DNA of 64,000 nucleotides, from the NCBI GenBank assembly GCA_023267435.1, contig JAHFNH010000002.1, positions 4,219 through 68,218 of the forward strand, written 5' to 3'. Below the pieces are notes generated by a model. The model did not search any database. It worked only from the letters and a program-made list of their open reading frames with translations, and was not told where the DNA came from. The stretch comes from Candidatus Nomurabacteria bacterium (lineage in GTDB: Bacteria; Patescibacteriota; Minisyncoccia; Phycocordibacterales; UBA9973). The translations under genes and the position numbers were made by a program. Below are positions 39,827 through 49,547 of the stretch, piece after piece. Position 1 is the first letter of the stretch; each line of letters starts with the position of its first letter.

Positions 39827-41056
39827 CTATAAGCGTTCTTTTTCTTCTTCTTCTATTCTTTCTAGTGCTAAGATAAAAGCTGCACGGCGCAGATCTGTTT
39901 TGAGCGAGTTTGCTTTTTCGTAAATTTCCAACGCCTCGTTAACCATGATTGTTTTTAATTTCGCAAAAACATCAATTTCATTCCAATGCTCGCCTTTTAG
40001 ATTTTGTTCCCATTCAAAAGTTGAGACCGTAACTCCTCCGGCATTTGCAAGGATATCTGGAATAACTGAAATACCGCGTCCAAACAAAATATCATCAGCT
40101 TCTGGAGTAGTTGGGCCGTTAGCAAGCTCCATGACAAGTTTCGTTTTTATATCATTAGCATTTTTCTCTGTAATCTGGCTTTCCATTGCGGCAGGAATAA
40201 GAACATCGCATTCCAGGATTAGAAGTTCATTGTTGGATATTTTTCTAGATCCCGGGAATCCTTCAATTTTTCCATTTACTTTTTTATACTCGTTTAGTGC
40301 ATTTATATCAATTCCATCTTCTTTTAAAATTGCTCCATCTACTTCTGAGATAGCTATTATTTTATGTCCATTTTGAAATAAAATATTTGCAGCATTTCCC
40401 CCAACATTTCCAAATCCTTGAATTACAATCTTACAAGATTCGGGTAAATGTAATTTACTGCGAAGTGTATCAAAAACATAAAATCCTCCGAGTCCTGTAG
40501 CTGGACCCCTGCCTTCTGATCCGCCAGCTTCTATCGGTTTTCCAGTAAATGTCGCATTTGTTTTATCGCCAGTAATTTTTACATATTCATCAGCCATCCA
40601 AGCCATAATTTCCGGAGTCGTATTCATATCAGGCGCTGGCACGTCTATTTTTGGACCAATATCTCTTGCCATCATTTTTACCCAACCACGTGAAAGTTTT
40701 TCTATTTCACCTTTTGATAATTCTCTTGGGTCAACAGTCACACCGCCTTTACCACCACCCATCGGAATGTTTACCACAGCGCATTTGAGCGCCATCCAAA
40801 ATGCCAACGCTTTAACTTCATTAATATCAGTATCTTTGTGGTATCTAATACCACCTTTGTATGGACCACGGGCATTATTGTATTGAACACGATAACCCTC
40901 AAAAACCTTTAAAGAGCCATTATCCATAGTTATTGGAATAGATATTCTAATTTCACGTTCTGGTTGTGTTAGAAGTGAAATAAATTCAGGGTTAAATTGT
41001 TTTACTTTTGTAGCTCTTTCGAGCTGATTCATTGCATTTTGAAATGGATTATTCAT
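39827..41056 (-). CDS. gdhA: Glutamate dehydrogenase (Glu/Leu/Phe/Val dehydrogenase family)
   Basis: 'GPYKGGIRYH', the 'GGGKGG' active-site region, and the Rossmann 'GFGNVG'. Confidence 0.85.
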   Translation of the reverse strand: MNNPFQNAMNQLERATKVKQFNPEFISLLTQPEREIRISIPITMDNGSLKVFEGYRVQYNNARGPYKGGIRYHKDTDINEVKALAFWMALKCAVVNIPMGGGKGGVTVDPRELSKGEIEKLSRGWVKMMARDIGPKIDVPAPDMNTTPEIMAWMADEYVKITGDKTNATFTGKPIEAGGSEGRGPATGLGGFYVFDTLRSKLHLPESCKIVIQGFGNVGGNAANILFQNGHKIIAISEVDGAILKEDGIDINALNEYKKVNGKIEGFPGSRKISNNELLILECDVLIPAAMESQITEKNANDIKTKLVMELANGPTTPEADDILFGRGISVIPDILANAGGVTVSTFEWEQNLKGEHWNEIDVFAKLKTIMVNEALEIYEKANSLKTDLRRAAFILALERIEEEEKERL

Positions 41057-41141
41057 AGATATTTTTATTAATTATTTTAATAGAAATATCATATACTTTC
41101 TTTATGAAGCTGCCATGAAGATAAATTTAAAAATAAAAAAG

Positions 41142-43514
41142 TTAAATAACTTTTAAAGTTTGTAGTTTGTCGTTGGGGTTTAGTAATTTCATTTTGAAAA
41201 ACCAATGACTAATACTATATTGAGCAAGAGCGTAAAGAATAGTGAGCGGTATTATTTCTATAATATTATGTAATGATGCGCTTTCTAGATTGTAAAAATT
41301 AGCGATGAATGGGATTTTAAAGAAAAGAATAATAAATATAAATTCAACTACAATAAGCAGGAAAAATTGTTTTTTCTTGTTTTTTGTAGTTGGTCTACCA
41401 AATACGTTGGGTGTATACATAAAAAATATAACTCCTAGAATAATGAACGAGAGTACCACAAGACTTGTCGGACCATGGTTTTTCATATACTCAAAGCTTT
41501 CATAAAATGCAAAAATAGCGACCAGTGCCTGAGGAATAGCCGATATGAGTGTAAAAGGAATTACTTTTCGCAAAAAAGATTTATTATAATCCACGACACT
41601 ATTTTTAATAGGTCGAATAATCCAATAAAAAACAAGAAGTGATGGCAGGCCTACAGTAAAATAATTAATAAAAGTTATATTGAGTGGAGTAAATGGAAAT
41701 GAATGACTTGTTATCGCGACAATTATAAAAAAGAAAAAAGTTACGAATACTTGATTGAAAATAACACTAGCGCATATTTCAAGATTTTGAATTATACTAT
41801 CAGCAAGTTTTACGCCATTTGGCAGATCAGAGAAACTATTTTTTACCAATACCACTGAAGCAACTTGTCGAGTAGCTTGCGCACCGTCAAATAAGGCAAT
41901 ACCTAGATCGGCTTTTTTAATAGCTAGTGCGTCGTTTGCACCGTCACCTACCATTGCTGTAAAACCATCTTGTTTTAAGATTTCAATTATTTTTTCTTTT
42001 TGTTCAGGTTTTATTCTCGCAAATATAGTATATTTATGAATATTTTTTAAGAAATCAATATATGTCCAAGTTTCTAATTCAGCACCCGTTATAACATTTT
42101 GATAGTTATTTATACCAACTGCAGCAGCGACAGCTTGAACAGTTTTAGGATTATCACCGGAAATAATTCTGATTGTTACACCTCGTGCTTGAAAGAATTG
42201 TATGGCTTCTTTAACTCCTTCGCGAAGATTGTTGTTGAGTACAAATATAGATATGGCCTTCAATTTAATTCCGGAAAGATTTTTAGGTAAAACATTTAAA
42301 TCCGATCCGACAAAACAGATAAGTCGTTTACCGATTTTTGCTTCAGTTTCTATGAATTTTTGTACCCATGCTTTGTCTTCTTCTTTTGATAAATATGGCA
42401 AGAAAAGATCGGGTGCTCCAGCCAATACGACACGCTCGCCAAAATCATCCTTTATATGAACAGCTCCAAACTGGAGCGATGAAGAAAAAGTCAGATCATC
42501 TATCGTGGTGCCTAAATACTCGCTTGTAAACATTTTCTTTATAGCTCTAATAGTTTGAGATGAATCCCCTGTACTTTTAATGTATGCAGCGATAGATTCT
42601 TTGACAAATTTTTCACTTAGATCTGATATATTATGCATATGTTCAACGATCAAGTTATTATCGGTCAATGTTCCAGTCTTATCCATACAAAGATTTTTAA
42701 TTCTGCCAATTTTCTCAGTAGCGTTTATTTCTTGAAGCAATACATTTCTGCGATAAAGATGAGTTGCACCATATGAATAAACAAGTGTAACAATCACCAC
42801 CATACCTTGTGGTAAAAGAGCACTCGTTAACGCTCCTATATTTCGGATAATATCTACTGTAGATTCATGAATTAAAAAACCTCTACCGATAACAAAAAGA
42901 ATTATGAGCATAAGCACATAACCGGTGTATTTAATAACCATACTGATAGATTCCTGAATTGGACTTTGTATTAAAGAATATTTTTTTATATCCTTTGTCA
43001 TAAGAGAAATTCTACTTTCAGCAAATATTTTTTCAACTTCCAAAACGCCTAATCCTGATGTGATAATACTTCCAGCTAGTACATGATCATTAGGTTTCTT
43101 TAGAAATGTCGTAGGTTCACCTGTAATTAGTGCTTCATTTACTCCAAATCCATGCGAAGACGCCAAGATACCATCACAAGGTACTTGGTCTCCTGTTTTG
43201 AGTTTAATTTTATCTTTTTCTTTTATTTCTTCAATAAGAACAACTGATTCGGTACCGTTTTTGTTAATTCTGATTACTCTGGGAGCAGCCAGTAATTGCA
43301 ATTTTTCAAGAGTTAACCATGCATTAATTTCCTGAACACATCCAATGATGATATTTAATAAAGCAATTAATCCAAGAAACATTCCTTCTTGAGTGTCTCC
43401 AAATGTCGTAAGGAGAATTACAACAGAAAAAATAATTCCATTTACAAGAAGGAAGACATTACGATAAATAATATTTATAACAGTATTTAGTTTACTTAAA
43501 CGGATTTTGTCCAC
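41142..43514 (-). CDS. P-type cation-transporting ATPase (no N-terminal metal-binding domain; P2-like)
   Basis: 'DKTGTLT' phosphorylation site, 'GDGANDALAIKKADLGIA', and ten predicted TM helices. It starts at GTG. Confidence 0.8.
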   Translation of the reverse strand: MDKIRLSKLNTVINIIYRNVFLLVNGIIFSVVILLTTFGDTQEGMFLGLIALLNIIIGCVQEINAWLTLEKLQLLAAPRVIRINKNGTESVVLIEEIKEKDKIKLKTGDQVPCDGILASSHGFGVNEALITGEPTTFLKKPNDHVLAGSIITSGLGVLEVEKIFAESRISLMTKDIKKYSLIQSPIQESISMVIKYTGYVLMLIILFVIGRGFLIHESTVDIIRNIGALTSALLPQGMVVIVTLVYSYGATHLYRRNVLLQEINATEKIGRIKNLCMDKTGTLTDNNLIVEHMHNISDLSEKFVKESIAAYIKSTGDSSQTIRAIKKMFTSEYLGTTIDDLTFSSSLQFGAVHIKDDFGERVVLAGAPDLFLPYLSKEEDKAWVQKFIETEAKIGKRLICFVGSDLNVLPKNLSGIKLKAISIFVLNNNLREGVKEAIQFFQARGVTIRIISGDNPKTVQAVAAAVGINNYQNVITGAELETWTYIDFLKNIHKYTIFARIKPEQKEKIIEILKQDGFTAMVGDGANDALAIKKADLGIALFDGAQATRQVASVVLVKNSFSDLPNGVKLADSIIQNLEICASVIFNQVFVTFFFFIIVAITSHSFPFTPLNITFINYFTVGLPSLLVFYWIIRPIKNSVVDYNKSFLRKVIPFTLISAIPQALVAIFAFYESFEYMKNHGPTSLVVLSFIILGVIFFMYTPNVFGRPTTKNKKKQFFLLIVVEFIFIILFFKIPFIANFYNLESASLHNIIEIIPLTILYALAQYSISHWFFKMKLLNPNDKLQTLKVI

Positions 43515-43644
43515 GGATGATACGAATTAAGAATAGGATAACAGCTAAGACAAGAAGAATATGAATAAATCCACCTAAAACATGAAATCCAATAAAACCA
43601 ACAACCCATAAAACAAATAAGATAATTGCAATTAATGTAAGCAT
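43495..43644 (-). CDS. lmo0937-family small membrane protein
   Basis: 50 aa, 'MLTLIAIILFVLWVVGFIGFHVLGGFIHILLVLAVILFLIRIIRG', found by manual translation. Its 3' end overlaps the ATPase start by 20 nt in another frame. Confidence 0.4.
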
Positions 43645-43682
43645 ATAAATATAATATTAGATAATAAATTATTAATAAAAAA

Positions 43683-43868
43683 TTACTTTTTGGTTTTTTC
43701 CTTGATTACTTTGGTATTTTTAAAATACTCTACAACACCCCAAATTAGAGCTATAACACCTATAATTTTTAAAACAAAACCTATAACACCTATACTGACC
43801 AGAATATTTAGTCCTAGACAAATTCCGGCAGTTATTAATAAAACTTGATAAGAAGGCGATTTTTTCAT
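43683..43868 (-). CDS. Small two-TM membrane protein
   Basis: 61 aa, hydrophobic. Confidence 0.3.
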   Translation of the reverse strand: MKKSPSYQVLLITAGICLGLNILVSIGVIGFVLKIIGVIALIWGVVEYFKNTKVIKEKTKK

Positions 43869-43957
43869 ATTTTTAAATTAAAATTAACTAATAATAAATG
43901 TTGCATAAATTATAACATATTTGCGCAAACTGACATATTTTTTTAGGGATAATTTAT

Positions 43958-43993
43958 AAAAAACAAAAAGCCATATCTGTATAAGATATGGCT
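43958..43993 (-). terminator. Intrinsic terminator (minus strand)
   Basis: agccatatc/gatatggct 9-bp stem with a T-run on the minus strand. Confidence 0.65.
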
Positions 43994-44005
43994 TTAAAAC
44001 TAATT

Positions 44006-44497
44006 TTAACTAACAATTTTTTTACCTAAAACAATATACATCCTATCTGGTATATGAGTAACTGAATGGTTTGAACTATTAAGGTGTCCTTCATTATTCT
44101 CTGATACGAAATATGGGACAGCTGCATGTTTCCAATAATCTTCAAGAGACAATATTCTATTTGGAGACAAAATCCAAGAATCTTTTGGTAATTCTTTATT
44201 ATTATTTAAAAATAATAAAGCGATACCTTTTACTCCAGTAAGAATATATCCTTCATCTTTAGCTTCCAATAGGAATTTATATGTAGGACATATTTCTTGC
44301 TTTACTTTAAAAATAAAGAAATCAATTTTTCCTTCAAAATCTTGTTCCAGGGGGAAATTTTGATCATTCACGCCATTCGTAATTGAGCGTAAATTTTTTC
44401 CGTGTTTTTCAATAAATTCGTTTATTGAAAAACCAGGTTCAACGCGTAATGTAATATTTTTTATACATTCGAGCGAGTATCTTTCTAGTAGATTCAT
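44006..44497 (-). CDS. Hypothetical protein
   Basis: 163 aa ORFan with its own terminator. Confidence 0.4.
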   Translation of the reverse strand: MNLLERYSLECIKNITLRVEPGFSINEFIEKHGKNLRSITNGVNDQNFPLEQDFEGKIDFFIFKVKQEICPTYKFLLEAKDEGYILTGVKGIALLFLNNNKELPKDSWILSPNRILSLEDYWKHAAVPYFVSENNEGHLNSSNHSVTHIPDRMYIVLGKKIVS

Positions 44498-44575
44498 TTT
44501 ATGTAGGTTTTAAGTTGTTTAAGAACTAAATAGTTTATTTAATTTAAAAATAACAATAAAAAATATGTTTGTCAA

Positions 44576-44929
44576 TTAGAAACCTGAAGCTCGAGTCGTC
44601 GCGTCTAAATCTATTTCTCTAGCATAATCTTTAGTTGTTATGAGCTCTTTTAAGAGCACATATAGATCTGTTAGTTCAGAGTTTACCTTATTAGATTCTA
44701 AAAATATTCCAAGCTCTGGAGTAATTCTTTGTTTGGTTATAATTTCTTCTATTTTTTCAGCTTCTGTTCCATTAAAAAATGTTTGGTAGTTTTTCAAAGT
44801 ATCTTCGATATTGTATTTAGTTTTGTATAACTCATCCGATTTTAACAACTCTAAATTACCTAATGAAAGCATTTTGCTCACACTTTGATAATGAGATAAT
44901 AGTTTTCTTACCAATTCTTGATCTGTCAT
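44576..44929 (-). CDS. Hypothetical protein
   Basis: 117 aa ORFan. Confidence 0.35.
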   Translation of the reverse strand: MTDQELVRKLLSHYQSVSKMLSLGNLELLKSDELYKTKYNIEDTLKNYQTFFNGTEAEKIEEIITKQRITPELGIFLESNKVNSELTDLYVLLKELITTKDYAREIDLDATTRASGF

Positions 44930-44974
44930 ACAGAAAACTATTCTAACATTTTTAAATAAAAATTACCGCAATAA

Positions 44975-45008
44975 AAAATAAAAAAACACCTAACATAATA
45001 TCAGGTGT
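44975..45008 (-). terminator. Intrinsic terminator (minus strand)
   Basis: aacacct/aggtgtt stem with a T-run on the minus strand. Confidence 0.6.
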
Positions 45009-45021
45009 TTTTAATGCTTAC

Positions 45022-45510
45022 TTAAATTTTTGACAATAAAAATTTGTAACAATTTTCAATGATTTCGGTGTCCTTTACACTATTGAAAGAAATTCCCTCC
45101 GTGCTGATGTAAAAATGAAAAGAATGTTCATTATCAACAATCCCCTTATTAAACAAAAATACGGAGATTTTTTTAACTGAGCCGTTCATTGAATCTTCCC
45201 CATTTTTGCCGATCTTAATTGTGGTCATCATATACTTATTTTTATTCTCGTCAAAGAAAGAATAAGTGCGAGCGCATGGACCCATTCCGTCAGGTATTTT
45301 TCCATTTTTTTCAACATAAGTTAAAAATTTTTCAAATTTTTCTTTACCTACAAGGATTTGTGGTTGTGGTCCAGAAGTATTGATATCAATACTAGGTTTT
45401 TTAATGTTTATGTGGGTATTATCAGCAGAAACATTTTGGTCTTCTTTTTGTGAACAATTTGTCAAAACAAGAGACATAAAAATTACGATTGAAATTAAGA
45501 TTCTTCTCAT
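45022..45510 (-). CDS. Putative lipoprotein
   Basis: Signal peptide ending 'VLTNCS' (lipobox-like). Confidence 0.4.
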   Translation of the reverse strand: MRRILISIVIFMSLVLTNCSQKEDQNVSADNTHINIKKPSIDINTSGPQPQILVGKEKFEKFLTYVEKNGKIPDGMGPCARTYSFFDENKNKYMMTTIKIGKNGEDSMNGSVKKISVFLFNKGIVDNEHSFHFYISTEGISFNSVKDTEIIENCYKFLLSKI

Positions 45511-45697
45511 TGTGTTTATTTTTTGGTTTAGTTTATGTATTTGTTAGGTCATTTCTAGTTCCTTAAAGAAACAGAAATAACCCAACAAATCAAAACCAAA
45601 ATTTAATGTAAAGAACTTTTACTTTTCATATAGTATAATATATACATTGATTTGTCAAATAATAATCATTTATATAGATGAAATATATTCATTGTTG

Positions 45698-45735
45698 GTA
45701 AAAAACAAAAAAACACCCCTGATAATAAGGGATGT
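45698..45735 (-). terminator. Intrinsic terminator (minus strand)
   Basis: aacacccc/gggatgtt stem (one mismatch) with a T-run on the minus strand. Confidence 0.55.
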
Positions 45736-46179
45736 TTAATTACTGATTAGATTCAAAATATCATTTGATAACTCTGGGTCATCGATGTATCTTAAATCTC
45801 TGATCAACCTGGTTTTGTAGTTTTCAATGATTTTTTGCGGTGTTTTTAAAAAAGCGACAAAAGTTTCTTGCTCTCTTAAAAACAATTCTCTGTATCTTAG
45901 ATCATTTTGAAGCCTTCGTCCTATAATATAATCTTCTTCACTCGTTTGATTATCAAAATACTCGGCTGAAGTAGGAATTTCATAAAGAGAATGATCTTCA
46001 TCATAAAATTCTTCTGAGCTTAAATAATCTTTGAGTTCCCCACTTGCTTCGTTCCATGCTTTATGTGCCTCGTCTACTACTTTTTGTTTAAAGTAAGGTT
46101 CAAGTAAAACATAATACAAAGTTACAAACATAATTATAAAATACAAAACTGTCGATACCTCTTGTAATATAAAAAACAT
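45736..46179 (-). CDS. Hypothetical membrane-anchored acidic protein
   Basis: 147 aa with an N-terminal TM. Confidence 0.4.
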   Translation of the reverse strand: MFFILQEVSTVLYFIIMFVTLYYVLLEPYFKQKVVDEAHKAWNEASGELKDYLSSEEFYDEDHSLYEIPTSAEYFDNQTSEEDYIIGRRLQNDLRYRELFLREQETFVAFLKTPQKIIENYKTRLIRDLRYIDDPELSNDILNLISN

Positions 46180-46262
46180 AGTTGCCTCCTTTTTTAAAGT
46201 TTAACTAATTCTATTTAAAGATTACCATAATAATGGTATTAGTCAATGAAGTTTGTGTGAAT

Positions 46263-46296
46263 AAAAAAACCCCCTCATAACATATATAAGGGGGTT
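46263..46296 (-). terminator. Intrinsic terminator (minus strand)
   Basis: aaccccct/agggggtt stem with a T-run on the minus strand. Confidence 0.7.
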
Positions 46297-46324
46297 GGAC
46301 ACTAGAGAGAAACGGCAACAACTT

Positions 46325-46630
46325 TCATTGGTCTTTGAGTAGTTCTTTCATGGAATTGATTTGTAAAAAAGGTATAAGTTCAATTTTTAAAGCCACCTCT
46401 ATCTTACTTATTTCAATCAAAGAAAAATTATGTGACCCTGAAGTCCAGTATGAAAGTTTTCTGGGAGTAGTCTTTAATTTATTCGCCATTGTTTTTTCGT
46501 CAATTTTATTTTGACTCATGTAATGGTTTATTAAAGAAGCAATATTCGAGGAATGTGCGGTTTGAACGCATCCTACTTGGTCTTTTTTAGCTTCTGCTAA
46601 TATGTTTTCAAAACGAGTGCTGTTGTTCAT
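46325..46630 (-). CDS. Small protein with a C-terminal XRE-like helix-turn-helix
   Basis: 'KTMANKLKTTPRKLSYWTSGSHNFSLIEISKIEVAL' follows an XRE HTH pattern. Transcribed from promoter 4 (TTGACTCGTCAA). Confidence 0.4.
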   Translation of the reverse strand: MNNSTRFENILAEAKKDQVGCVQTAHSSNIASLINHYMSQNKIDEKTMANKLKTTPRKLSYWTSGSHNFSLIEISKIEVALKIELIPFLQINSMKELLKDQ

Positions 46631-46701
46631 TTTTGCAGGTTTTTAGTGTTAGACATTTATTTCAAGTAACTAAATCTTTTTATCACATTACCAAATATCC
46701 G

Positions 46702-46713
46702 TTGACTCGTCAA
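46702..46713. promoter_or_regulatory. Palindromic -35 element TTGACTCGTCAA (promoter 4, minus strand only)
   Basis: Minus strand: TTGACG-17-TAATGT. There is no -10 on the plus side. Confidence 0.5.
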
Positions 46714-46721
46714 TGTTGAAA

Positions 46722-46758
46722 TAAAAAAGCACCTCAGTTATATCGAGATGCTTTTTAT
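46722..46758 (-). terminator. Intrinsic terminator (minus strand)
   Basis: gcacctc/gagatgc stem (one mismatch) flanked by an A-run and a T-run. Confidence 0.5.
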
Positions 46759-46772
46759 TTAATTCTTTGTGA

Positions 46773-47324
46773 TCAACTTATTAATTTTTCAATAAATTCT
46801 TTTTTGAAAACAATTGCGTAATCACGATTTTCAAACCAATGATCTGTGGCTTCAAATGGTCTTAAAACTGGAATTTTATCGCTAAATATTTGATATTCAA
46901 AACAAAGAATATTTAAATACTTTTCATCATTAATTGGTGTCGCCATCGAACCAAAAAAGTTGATTGTATTTAATTTATTTGGATTATGAATACCTCCTAT
47001 TTCATTCCACCATTTTGATTTTAACTCTATTAATATTTCACGATCTTCCAATATTGCCCTTGCGCAAAATACATCAAGTGGAATATGTTTCTCATCTATT
47101 ACTTGCTGTCTGAATTCTAATCCAGTAACAAATCGTTTTTTAACAGGAATAAAACACGTATCATCAAGTGTAAAAGGAATGTGCCAAATAAAATTCATTA
47201 ATTGGTATTGTTTTAAAATAAAGAAATCTCCATACTCATCAGTAATCTTATTACTAAAAGTAAAAGGTTTGTCTGTATTGATAACTATTTTTTTCATTTT
47301 ATTAAGTTTTAGAGTATTTATCAA
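46773..47324 (-). CDS. Hypothetical protein
   Basis: 183 aa ORFan. Confidence 0.4.
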   Translation of the reverse strand: MINTLKLNKMKKIVINTDKPFTFSNKITDEYGDFFILKQYQLMNFIWHIPFTLDDTCFIPVKKRFVTGLEFRQQVIDEKHIPLDVFCARAILEDREILIELKSKWWNEIGGIHNPNKLNTINFFGSMATPINDEKYLNILCFEYQIFSDKIPVLRPFEATDHWFENRDYAIVFKKEFIEKLIS

Positions 47325-47429
47325 AGATCTATGCTTGTTTGTATAATAAAATTATTATACACAAAAGTCAATTTCTGACCTAAAGTTTTACTACTAGACA
47401 AGACCTAGTCGATTAAAATAAGGTTTAAA

Positions 47430-48092
47430 TTACCAAGCCATTTTCTCCCCTTTGAACCAAAATTGTCCAGTTTCAACTTTTGATATAGCTAAATCATAAA
47501 TATAACCAGCTGATTCTTCGGTGGTCATAGGTGCGTCACTACCACCCATATCTGTTTTTACCCAGCCAGGGTGATATGAGGATACAGTTATTTTATCTTT
47601 CAAGTGAATAGCCAGTGTTCGAGTATACATATTGAGTGCAGTTTTTGAAATTCTGTAACTTGGATATTCATCGTCATCTATTTCTTGAGTCTTAGCCAGA
47701 GATCCAGCCGAAGACGCAGCATTTAATATATGAGCTCCAATACTAAGAACAGAAATAATTTGTTCTGTAAAAGTAATAGTTCCAATTAAATTTACTTCAA
47801 GTGTTTTTCTTAAATTTTCTATATTTACTGTGTTGAAATTTCTATCAACAAGAATTCCAGCATTATTAATTAAAATATCTATTTTTTTATTTAAAAATTT
47901 AATTTCATTAACACACTCTGTGATACTTTCCGAGTTTGATAAATCTATCTTAACAATTTTTAGATTGTCACTTTTAATATCAGAATTTCCATCAGTAGAA
48001 GTTCCGATCACATAATGACCTTCTTTTAAAAACTTTTCTGTCAGAGCTTTTCCTATTCCTCTACTAACTCCTGTTATTAATACTGTTTTCAT
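47430..48092 (-). CDS. Short-chain dehydrogenase/reductase (SDR)
   Basis: 'TGVSRGIGKA' cofactor site, 'NNAG', and catalytic 'YRISKTALN'. Confidence 0.8.
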   Translation of the reverse strand: MKTVLITGVSRGIGKALTEKFLKEGHYVIGTSTDGNSDIKSDNLKIVKIDLSNSESITECVNEIKFLNKKIDILINNAGILVDRNFNTVNIENLRKTLEVNLIGTITFTEQIISVLSIGAHILNAASSAGSLAKTQEIDDDEYPSYRISKTALNMYTRTLAIHLKDKITVSSYHPGWVKTDMGGSDAPMTTEESAGYIYDLAISKVETGQFWFKGEKMAW

Positions 48093-48159
48093 AATTATGT
48101 ATTATATCAAAAATTGTTTCTGGATGTTGAACATACGGAAACATATTACCAAAGATTCG

Positions 48160-48171
48160 TTGACTCGTCAA
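48160..48171. promoter_or_regulatory. Palindromic shared -35 element TTGACTCGTCAA (bidirectional promoter 5)
   Basis: Plus strand: TTGACT-17-TATTGT, with a leader containing GAGCAATTGCTC (48217-48228). Minus strand -10 lies in 'cattaccaaag'. Confidence 0.55.
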
Positions 48172-48245
48172 TGTTTTTGTGATATTGTTCAGGTAAATAA
48201 TTTCTGAGTATAAACCGAGCAATTGCTCATTAAAAATATAATATT

Positions 48246-48911
48246 ATGAGAAGAGAAAGAATTAATAACTTTATGGAACTTTATTTCCCTGGAATTAAGG
48301 AGTGGCATTCGAAGCCGATTTTTAAATTTTATTTTGAATTTGAATTTAATGGAGTAAAAAATATATCTGCAACAGCCTATTTTTTCTGCATTCATCATGT
48401 TACAGATGTTTACAACGATGAATGGGAAATAAAATCTGATGATATATTTTTAGATCTCATGGGTAAAATTTATTTATTAAAAAATATTACAACTAATTAT
48501 GATATGGAAATAATATTTAATGGGTATCAAAGAAGTTTTAAATATTTTTACGAAGAAGAAAAAGTGCAAATTGGTTACAGTATAAATAGCAAAAGTGGGA
48601 CGAATTTAAAACCATTTGATACCTTTGACATTCCGAAATCTAAATGGAAATTAGTTAAACTCTTATTAGAAATAACTGAACTCCCTAAAGGATCTGAACC
48701 AGAAGAAATAAGAAAATTACTTATAGGAGAAAAGTTTCCTCTCAGTACTTGTTGTAATCTGGCTTATAGAAAGGATGGGTGTATTTTTATTCCACGAGGA
48801 GATGTTGTTGAAACATTAGAAAAATCTGGGAAAAATGAAAGTGCTGATTATTATCATAATCAAAATAAAGATTATATTTCTTTCAATTCCGGGTGCTATA
48901 AATTATTATAA
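48246..48911 (+). CDS. Hypothetical protein
   Basis: 221 aa ORFan whose leader is conserved with the gene at 33951. Confidence 0.4.
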   Translation: MRRERINNFMELYFPGIKEWHSKPIFKFYFEFEFNGVKNISATAYFFCIHHVTDVYNDEWEIKSDDIFLDLMGKIYLLKNITTNYDMEIIFNGYQRSFKYFYEEEKVQIGYSINSKSGTNLKPFDTFDIPKSKWKLVKLLLEITELPKGSEPEEIRKLLIGEKFPLSTCCNLAYRKDGCIFIPRGDVVETLEKSGKNESADYYHNQNKDYISFNSGCYKLL

Positions 48912-48923
48912 AAAAAGCCAAAA

Positions 48924-48956
48924 AGCTGATAACTATATCGTTGTCAGCTTTTTTTA
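48924..48956 (+). terminator. Intrinsic terminator (plus strand)
   Basis: agctgataac/gttgtcagct stem (one mismatch) followed by TTTTTTT. Confidence 0.65.
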
Positions 48957-48962
48957 TTTCTT

Positions 48963-48995
48963 AAAAATAAAAAAACGCCCAACATTGTTGGACGT
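48963..48995 (-). terminator. Intrinsic terminator (minus strand)
   Basis: cgcccaaca/tgttggacg stem with a T-run on the minus strand. Confidence 0.55.
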
Positions 48996-49018
48996 TAATT
49001 GTGATTTTGTTTCAAGAT

Positions 49019-49519
49019 TTATTCAGATGGCACTATAAACTTGTGCAGTTCATCTATGTTTATCATAAGATATTTGTATTGTTTGCAAAACGTAATACTT
49101 TTAATAAATTTCTCTTTATTAAGGAGAATCTTAATAGCTTCAGACAAAGACCCACTAAGATAATCAAGGCTTTTTAGTTCATCGATTGTACCGCTACTGC
49201 TTAGTAAAACATTTTCAATATCTTCAAGGTAAGCCTGAGCACTGTCTACTTTCTTTAAATCAATTGCTTCATAGACTGAGTCAGATTTCAAACGATTAGC
49301 ATTAGATTTAAATAATTCTAATTGTTTTTTTAAATCTTTATTGGTTTTCTTGTAAGTTTTAAGCCAATTTTTAAACTCAGGAGAATCAACTGATAAAGTT
49401 TTTTTCTTGTAGTTTAATTGTGTTAAAGAATCCTGGGCAACCAATGAAGTCTCCTGGGAATAAACCATCTTTACATACAATGTAAGACAGATTACGAAAA
49501 ATAGTTTTATCGCTTTCAT
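49019..49519 (-). CDS. Secreted hypothetical protein (coiled-coil)
   Basis: Start placed at 'MKAIKLFFVICLTLYVKMVYSQ' (signal peptide). The ORF-track start at 49585 would span the upstream inverted repeat. Confidence 0.4.
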   Translation of the reverse strand: MKAIKLFFVICLTLYVKMVYSQETSLVAQDSLTQLNYKKKTLSVDSPEFKNWLKTYKKTNKDLKKQLELFKSNANRLKSDSVYEAIDLKKVDSAQAYLEDIENVLLSSSGTIDELKSLDYLSGSLSEAIKILLNKEKFIKSITFCKQYKYLMINIDELHKFIVPSE

Positions 49520-49547
49520 ATTTATATAGTTTAGAATTGTTAGATTG

